From Auanema rhodensis (taxonomy: Eukaryota > Animalia > Nematoda): a stretch of 64,000 nt of DNA. The DNA is taken from assembly GCA_964057225.1 (NCBI GenBank), contig OZ059894.1, positions 23,932,001 through 23,996,000 on the forward strand, given 5' to 3'. The position numbers and the translations under genes are program-made. Under the pieces are notes generated by a model, which searched no databases, had not been told where the DNA came from, and saw nothing but the letters and a program-made list of their open reading frames with translations. Positions 55,601 through 64,000 of this stretch are shown here, piece after piece. Each line of letters opens with the position of its first letter. Position 1 is the first letter of the stretch.

Positions 55601-55969
55601 AGATAAAGAGATGCGGTTTTCAAAATTAGATTCCCCATGTCCATATTAGTCTAAAAACAAATTTTTATTGATATTGGTTCATGGTAACCATGACTTTGAA
55701 ATTTACGTGAACTTCAATTTATGCTAATTAAATGTACACGTGATGTGCACTTGGTATGTAACTCGCTTCACGTGAAAGATAAAGAGATGCGGTTTTCAAA
55801 ATTAGATTCCCCATGTCCATATTAGTTTAAAAACAAATTTTTATTGATATTGGTTCATGGTAACCATGACTTTGAAATTTACGTGAACTTCAATTTATGC
55901 TAATTAAATGTACACGTGATGTGCACTTGGTATGTAACTCGCTTCACGTGAAAGATAAAGAGATGCGGT
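40657..55969. repeat. Copy B of the large intra-array segmental duplication
   Basis: Pairs with copy A include 11598/40814, 12122/41338, 14932/45204, 15266/45538, 19760/50736, 20595/51571, 22523/53499, 23528/54504 and 24850/55827. Confidence 0.85.
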
Positions 55970-58900
55970 TTTCAAAATTAGATTCCCCATGTCCATATTA
56001 GTCTAAAAACAAATTTTTATTGATATTGGTGCATGGTAACCATGACTTTGAAATTTACGTGAACTTTAATTTATGCTAATTAAATGTACACGTGATGTGC
56101 ACTTGGTATGTAACTCGCTTCACGTGAAAGATAAAAAGATGCGGTTTTCAAAATTAAATTTCCCATGTCCATATTAGTCTAAAAACAAATTTTTATTGAT
56201 ATTGGTGCATGGTAACCATGACTTTGAAATTTACGTGAACTTTAATTTATGCTAATTAAATGTACACGTGATGTGCACTTGGTATGTAACTCGCTTCACG
56301 TGAAAGATAAAGAGATGCGGTTTTCAAAATTAGATTCCCCATGTCCATATTAGTCTAAAAACAAATTTTTATTGATATTGGTTCATGGTAACCATGACTT
56401 TGAAATTTACGTGAACTTTAATTTATGCTAATTAAATGTACACGTGATGTGCACTTGGTATGTAACTCGCTTCACGTGAAAGATAAAGAGATGCGGTTTT
56501 CAAAATTAGATTCCCCATGTCCATATTAGTCTAAAAACAAATTTTTATTGATATTGGTGCATGGTAACCATGACTTTGAAATTTACGTGAACTTTAATTT
56601 ATGCTAATTAAATGTACACGTGATGTGCACTTGGTATGTAACTCGCTTCACGTGAAAGATAAAAAGATGCGGTTTTCAAAATTAAATTTCCCATGTCCAT
56701 ATTAGTCTAAAAACAAATTTTTATTGATATTGGTGCATGGTAACCATGACTTTGAAATTTACGTGAACTTTAATTTATGCTAATTAAATGTACACGTGAT
56801 GTGCACTTGGTATGTAACTCGCTTCACGTGAAAGATAAAGAGATGCGGTTTTCAAAATTAGATTCCCCATGTCCATATTAGTCTAAAAACGAATTTTTAT
56901 TGATATTGGTTCATGGTAACCATGACTTTGAAATTTACGTGAACTTTCATTTATGCTAATTAAATGTACACGTGATGTGCACTTGGTATGTAACTCGCTT
57001 CACGTGAAAGATAAAGAGATGCGGTTTTCAAAATTAGATTCCCCATGTCCATATTAGTCTAAAAACAAATTTTTATTGATATTGGTGCATGGTAACCATG
57101 ACTTTGAAATTTACGTGAACTTTAATTTATGCTAATTAAATGTACACGTGATGTGCCCTTGGTGTGTAACTCGCTTCACGTGAAAGATAAAGAGATGCGG
57201 TTTTCAAAATTAGATTCCCCATGTCCATATTAGTCTAAAAACAAATTTTTATTGATATTGGTGCATGGTAACCATGACTTTGAAATTTACGTGAACTTTA
57301 ATTTATGCTAATTAAATGTACACGTGATGTGCACTTGGTATGTAACTCGCTTCACGTGAAAGATAAAGAGATGCGGTTTTCAAAATTAGATTCCCCATGT
57401 CCATATTAGTCTAAAAACAAATTTTTATTGATATTGGTTCATGGTAACCATGACTTTGAAATTTACGTGAACTTTAATTTATGCTAATTAAATGTACACG
57501 TGATGTGCACTTGGTATGTAACTCGCTTCACGTGAAAGATAAAGAGATGCGGTTTTCAAAATTAGATTCCCCATGTCCATATTAGTCTAAAAACAAATTT
57601 TTATTGATATTGGTGCATGGTAACCATGACTTTGAAATTTACGTGAACTTTAATTTATGCTAATTAAATGTACACGTGATGTGCACTTGGTATGTAACTC
57701 GCTTCACGTGAAAGATAAAAAGATGCGGTTTTCAAAATTAAATTTCCCATGTCCATATTAGTCTAAAAACAAATTTTTATTGATATTGGTGCATGGTAAC
57801 CATGACTTTGAAATTTACGTGAACTTTAATTTATGCTAATTAAATGTACACGTGATGTGCACTTGGTATGTAACTCGCTTCACGTGAAAGATAAAGAGAT
57901 GCGGTTTTCAAAATTAGATTCCCCATGTCCATATTAGTCTAAAAACAAATTTTTATTGATATTGGTTCATGGTAACCATGACTTTGAAATTTACGTGAAC
58001 TTTAATTTATGCTAATTAAATGTACACGTGATGTGCACTTGGTATGTAACTCGCTTCACGTGAAAGATAAAGAGATGCGGTTTTCAAAATTAGATTTCCC
58101 ATGTCCATATTAGTCTAAAAACAAATTTTTATTGATATTGGTGCATGGTAACCATGACTTTGAAATTTACGTGAACTTTAATTTATGCTAATTAAATGTA
58201 CACGTGATGTGCACTTGGTATGTAACTCGCTTCACGTGAAAGATAAAGAGATGCGGTTTTCAAAATTAGATTCCCCATGTCCATATTAGTCTAAAAACAA
58301 ATTTTTATTGATATTGGTGCATGGTAACCATGACTTTGAAATTTACGTGAACTTTAATTTATGCTAATTAAATGTACACGTGATGTGCACTTGGTATGTA
58401 ACTCGCTTCACGTGAAAGATAAAGAGATACGGTTTTCAAAATTAGATTCCCCATGTCCATATTAGTCTAAAAACAAATTTTTATTGATATTGGTGCATGG
58501 TAACCATGACTTTGAAATTTACGTGAACTTTAATTTATGCTAATTAAATGTACACGTGATGTGCACTTGGTATGTAACTCGCTTCACGTGAAAGATAAAG
58601 AGATGCGGTTTTCAAAATTAGATTCCCCATGTCCATATTAGTCTAAAAACAAATTTTTATTGATATTGGTGCATGGTAACCATGACTTTGAAATTTACGT
58701 GAACTTTAATTTATGCTAATTAAATGTACACGTGATGTGCCCTTGGTATGTAACTCGCTTCACGTGAAAGATAAAGAGATGCGGTTTTCAAAATTAGATT
58801 CCCCATGTCCATATTAGTCTAAAAACAAATTTTTATTGATATTGGTGCATGGTAACCATGACTTTGAAATTTACGTGAACTTTAATTTATGCTAATTAAA

Positions 58901-61900
58901 TGTACACGTGATGTGCACTTGGTATGTAACTCGCTTCACGTGAAAGATAAAGAGATGCGGTTTTCAAAATTAGATTCCCCATGTCCATATTAGTCTAAAA
59001 ACAAATTTTTATTGATATTGGTTCATGGTAACCATGACTTTGAAATTTACGTGAACTTTAATTTATGCTAATTAAATGTACACGTGATGTGCCCTTGGTA
59101 TGTAACTCGCTTCACGTGAAAGATAAAGAGATGCGGTTTTCAAAATTAGATTCCCCATGTCCATATTAGTCTAAAAACAAATTTTTATTGATATTGGTGC
59201 ATGGTAACCATGACTTTGAAATTTACGTGAACTTTAATTTATGCTAATTAAATGTACACGTGATGTGCACTTGGTATGTAACTCGCTTCACGTGAAAGAT
59301 AAAGAGATGCGGTTTTCAAAATTAGATTCCCCATGTCCATATTAGTCTAAAAACAAATTTTTATTGATATTGGTTCATGGTAACCATGACTTTGAAATTT
59401 ACGTGAACTTTAATTTATGCTAATTAAATGTAGACGTGATGTGCACTTGGTATGTAACTCGCTTCACGTGAAAGATAAAGAGATGCGGTTTTCAAAATTA
59501 GATTCCCCATGTCCATATTAGTCTAAAAACAAATTTTTATTGATATTGGTGCATGGTAACCATGACTTTGAAATTTACGTGAACTTTAATTTATGCTAAT
59601 TAAATGTACACGTGATGTGCACTTGGTATGTAACTCGCTTCACGTGAAAGATAAAAAGATGCGGTTTTCAAAATTAAATTTCCCATGTCCATATTAGTCT
59701 AAAAACAAATTTTTATTGATATTGGTGCATGGTAACCATGACTTTGAAATTTACGTGAACTTTAATTTATGCTAATTAAATGTACACGTGATGTGCACTT
59801 GGTATGTAACTCGCTTCACGTGAAAGATAAAGAGATGCGGTTTTCAAAATTAGATTCCCCATGTCCATATTAGTCTAAAAACAAATTTTTATTGATATTG
59901 GTGCATGGTAACCATGACTTTGAAATTTACGTGAACTTTAATTTATGCTAATTAAATGTACACGTGATGTGCACTTGGTATGTAACTCGCTTCACGTGAA
60001 AGATAAAGAGATGCGGTTTTCAAAATTAGATTCCCCATGTCCATATTAGTCTAAAAACAAATTTTTATTGATATTGGTGCATGGTAACCATGACTTTGAA
60101 ATTTACGTGAACTTTAATTTATGCTAATTAAATGTACACGTGATGTGCACTTGGTATGTAACTCGCTTCACGTGAAAGATAAAGAGATGCGGTTTTCAAA
60201 ATTAGATTCCCCATGTCCATATTAGTCTAAAAACAAATTTTTATTGATATTGGTTCATGGTAACCATGACTTTGAAATTTACGTGAACTTTAATTTATGC
60301 TAATTAAATGTACACGTGATGTGCACTTGGTATGTAACTCGCTTCACGTGAAAGATAAAGAGATGCGGTTTTCAAAATTAGATTCCCCATGTCCATATTA
60401 GTCTAAAAACAAATTTTTATTGATATTGGTTCATGGTAACCATGACTTTGAAATTTACGTGAACTTCAATTTATGCTAATTAAATGTACACGTGATGTGC
60501 ACTTGGTATGTAACTCGCTTCACGTGAAAGATAAAGAGATGCGGTTTTCAAAATTAGATTCCCCATGTCCATATTAGTTTAAAAACAAATTTTTATTGAT
60601 ATTGGTTCATGGTAACCATGACTTTGAAATTTACGTGAACTTCAATTTATGCTAATTAAATGTACACGTGATGTGCACTTGGTATGTAACTCGCTTCACG
60701 TGAAAGATAAAGAGATGCGGTTTTCAAAATTAGATTCCCCATGTCCATATTAGTCTAAAAACAAATTTTTATTGATATTGGTGCATGGTAACCATGACTT
60801 TGAAATTTACGTGAACTTTAATTTATGCTAATTAAATGTACACGTGATGTGCACTTGGTATGTAACTCGCTTCACGTGAAAGATAAAAAGATGCGGTTTT
60901 CAAAATTAAATTTCCCATGTCCATATTAGTCTAAAAACAAATTTTTATTGATATTGGTGCATGGTAACCATGACTTTGAAATTTACGTGAACTTTAATTT
61001 ATGCTAATTAAATGTACACGTGATGTGCACTTGGTATGTAACTCGCTTCACGTGAAAGATAAAGAGATGCGGTTTTAAAAATTAGATTCCCCATGTCCAT
61101 ATTAGTCTAAAAACAAATTTTTATTGATATTGGTTCATGGTAACCATGACTTTGAAATTTACGTGAACTTTAATTTATGCTAATTAAATGTACACGTGAT
61201 GTGCACTTGGTATGTAACTCGCTTCACGTGAAAGATAAAGAGATGCGGTTTTCAAAATTAGATTCCCCATGTCCATATTAGTCTAAAAACAAATTTTTAT
61301 TGATATTGGTGCATGGTAACCATGACTTTGAAATTTACGTGAACTTTAATTTATGCTAATTAAATGTACACGTGATGTGCACTTGGTATGTAACTCGCTT
61401 CACGTGAAAGATAAAAAGATGCGGTTTTCAAAATTAAATTTCCCATGTCCATATTAGTCTAAAAACAAATTTTTATTGATATTGGTGCATGGTAACCATG
61501 ACTTTGAAATTTACGTGAACTTTAATTTATGCTAATTAAATGTACACGTGATGTGCACTTGGTATGTAACTCGCTTCACGTGAAAGATAAAGAGATGCGG
61601 TTTTCAAAATTAGATTCCCCATGTCCATATTAGTCTAAAAACGAATTTTTATTGATATTGGTTCATGGTAACCATGACTTTGAAATTTACGTGAACTTTC
61701 ATTTATGCTAATTAAATGTACACGTGATGTGCACTTGGTATGTAACTCGCTTCACGTGAAAGATAAAGAGATGCGGTTTTCAAAATTAGATTCCCCATGT
61801 CCATATTAGTCTAAAAACAAATTTTTATTGATATTGGTGCATGGTAACCATGACTTTGAAATTTACGTGAACTTTAATTTATGCTAATTAAATGTACACG

Positions 61901-63361
61901 TGATGTGCCCTTGGTATGTAACTCGCTTCACGTGAAAGATAAAGAGATGCGGTTTTCAAAATTAGATTCCCCATGTCCATATTAGTCTAAAAACAAATTT
62001 TTATTGATATTGGTGCATGGTAACCATGACTTTGAAATTTACGTGAACTTTAATTTATGCTAATTAAATGTACACGTGATGTGCACTTGGTATGTAACTC
62101 GCTTCACGTGAAAGATAAAGAGATGCGGTTTTCAAAATTAGATTCCCCATGTCCATATTAGTCTAAAAACAAATTTTTATTGATATTGGTTCATGGTAAC
62201 CATGACTTTGAAATTTACGTGAACTTTAATTTATGCTAATTAAATGTACACGTGATGTGCACTTGGTATGTAACTCGCTTCACGTGAAAGATAAAGAGAT
62301 GCGGTTTTCAAAATTAGATTCCCCATGTCCATATTAGTCTAAAAACAAATTTTTATTGATATTGGTGCATGGTAACCATGACTTTGAAATTTACGTGAAC
62401 TTTAATTTATGCTAATTAAATGTACACGTGATGTGCACTTGGTATGTAACTCGCTTCACGTGAAAGATAAAAAGATGCGGTTTTCAAAATTAAATTTCCC
62501 ATGTCCATATTAGTCTAAAAACAAATTTTTATTGATATTGGTGCATGGTAACCATGACTTTGAAATTTACGTGAACTTTAATTTATGCTAATTAAATGTA
62601 CACGTGATGTGCACTTGGTATGTAACTCGCTTCACGTGAAAGATAAAGAGATGCGGTTTTCAAAATTAGATTCCCCATGTCCATATTAGTCTAAAAACAA
62701 ATTTTTATTGATATTGGTTCATGGTAACCATGACTTTGAAATTTACGTGAACTTTAATTTATGCTAATTAAATGTACACGTGATGTGCACTTGGTATGTA
62801 ACTCGCTTCACGTGAAAGATAAAGAGATGCGGTTTTCAAAATTAGATTTCCCATGTCCATATTAGTCTAAAAACAAATTTTTATTGATATTGGTGCATGG
62901 TAACCATGACTTTGAAATTTACGTGAACTTTAATTTATGCTAATTAAATGTACACGTGATGTGCACTTGGTATGTAACTCGCTTCACGTGAAAGATAAAG
63001 AGATGCGGTTTTCAAAATTAGATTCCCCATGTCCATATTAGTCTAAAAACAAATTTTTATTGATATTGGTGCATGGTAACCATGACTTTGAAATTTACGT
63101 GAACTTTAATTTATGCTAATTAAATGTACACGTGATGTGCACTTGGTATGTAACTCGCTTCACGTGAAAGATAAAGAGATACGGTTTTCAAAATTAGATT
63201 CCCCATGTCCATATTAGTCTAAAAACAAATTTTTATTGATATTGGTGCATGGTAACCATGACTTTGAAATTTACGTGAACTTTAATTTATGCTAATTAAA
63301 TGTACACGTGATGTGCACTTGGTATGTAACTCGCTTCACGTGAAAGATAAAGAGATGCGGT
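53681..63361. repeat. Tandem duplication of a 27-28 monomer (about 4.8 kb) unit: about 53681-58609 and about 58610-63361
   Basis: Pairs at 53812/58741 and 54504/59433 have offset 4929 (28 x 176 + 1). Pairs at 55827/60579, 56891/61643, 56948/61700 and 58429/63181 have offset 4752 (27 x 176). Confidence 0.88.
54740..54740 (+). other. Only net indel seen in the array (+1 base, giving a 177-bp monomer)
   Basis: The sequence reads GCGGTTTTGCAAAA instead of GCGGTTTTCAAAA, and the register of all downstream monomers shifts by +1. Confidence 0.92.
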
Positions 63362-64000
63362 TTTCAAAATTAGATTCCCCATGTCCATATTAGTCTAAAA
63401 ACAAATTTTTATTGATATTGGTTCATGGTAACCATGACTTTGAAATTTACGTGAACTTTAATTTATGCTAATTAAATGTACACGTGATGTGCACTTGGTA
63501 TGTAACTCGCTTCACGTGTGAGATAAAGAGATGCGGTTTTCAAAATTAGATTCCCCATGTCCATATTAGTCTAAAAACAAATTTTTATTGATATTGGTGC
63601 ATGGTAACCATGACTTTGAAATTTACGTGAACTTTAATTTATGCTAATTAAATGTACACGTGATGTGCACTTGGTATGTAACTCGCTTCACGTGAAAGAT
63701 AAAGAGATGCGGTTTTCAAAATTAGATTCCCCATGTCCATATTAGTCTAAAAACAAATTTTTATTGATATTGGTTCATGGTAACCATGACTTTGAAATTT
63801 ACGTGAACTTTAATTTATGCTAATTAAATGTACACGTGATGTGCACTTGGTATGTAACTCGCTTCACGTGGAAGATAAAGAGATGCGGTTTTCAAAATTA
63901 GATTCCCCATGTCCATATTAGTCTAAAAACAAATTTTTATTGATATTGGTTCATGGTAACCATGACTTTGAAATTTACGTGAACTTCAATTTATGCTAAT

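Larger units (their letters stand above)
1..64000. repeat. Tandem satellite DNA array, 176-bp monomer, about 363.6 copies, head-to-tail; probable centromeric or pericentromeric satellite. It runs off both window ends.
   Basis: The TTTCAAAATTAGATTCCCC register recurs every 176 bp (1, 177, 353 and so on). The line layout repeats every 2640 bp (15 x 176) through 52801 and shifts by +1 after 54740. I saw no non-repeat sequence and no strand inversion. The centromeric role is inferred from size and homogeneity only. Confidence 0.99.

Noticed and set aside
1-64000. Protein-coding ORF or repeat-protein gene
   Set aside because: The consensus has plus-strand stops in all three frames (TAG at 10, TAG at 30, TAA at 35) and minus-strand stops in all three frames (plus-strand TCA at 3, TTA at 29, CTA at 34). 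Also, 176 is not a multiple of 3.
1-64000. CRISPR array or other repeat-spacer system built on the palindromes
   Set aside because: There are no unique spacers, the sequence between palindromes is as invariant as the palindromes, and there are no cas genes.
1-64000. Binary code in the 62 G/T and 98 T/C alleles
   Set aside because: The pattern is explained by nested duplications, and there is no fixed period or plausible readout mechanism.

Overview
The whole 64 kb window is one uninterrupted head-to-tail tandem satellite array, all in the same orientation. The monomer is 176 bp and AT-rich (about 32% GC by hand count), and there are about 363.6 copies. Consensus from position 1: TTTCAAAATTAGATTCCCCATGTCCATATTAGTCTAAAAACAAATTTTTATTGATATTGGTKCATGGTAACCATGACTTTGAAATTTACGTGAACTTYAATTTATGCTAATTAAATGTACACGTGATGTGCACTTGGTATGTAACTCGCTTCACGTGAAAGATAAAGAGATGCGGT. 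Monomers typically differ by 0-4 substitutions, and I saw only one net indel (a +1 base at about 54740). There are no genes: all six frames hit a stop in monomer positions 3-37. I saw no RNA genes, transposon insertions or CRISPR spacers. Monomer size, homogeneity and array length fit a eukaryotic centromeric or pericentromeric satellite; this is an inference, and I could not assign the organism or family. The informative structure lies in the variant pattern. It shows nested higher-order duplications with offsets of 3-4, 10, 16-17, 20, 27-28 and 60 monomers, plus a super-duplication of about 30 kb (166-176 monomers). The monomer is also rich in dyad symmetries and carries three roughly evenly spaced ACGTGA (G-box/E-box/CDEI-like) motifs. 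I found no evidence for a new protein-coding system. Variant positions were read by eye, so the lists may be incomplete.
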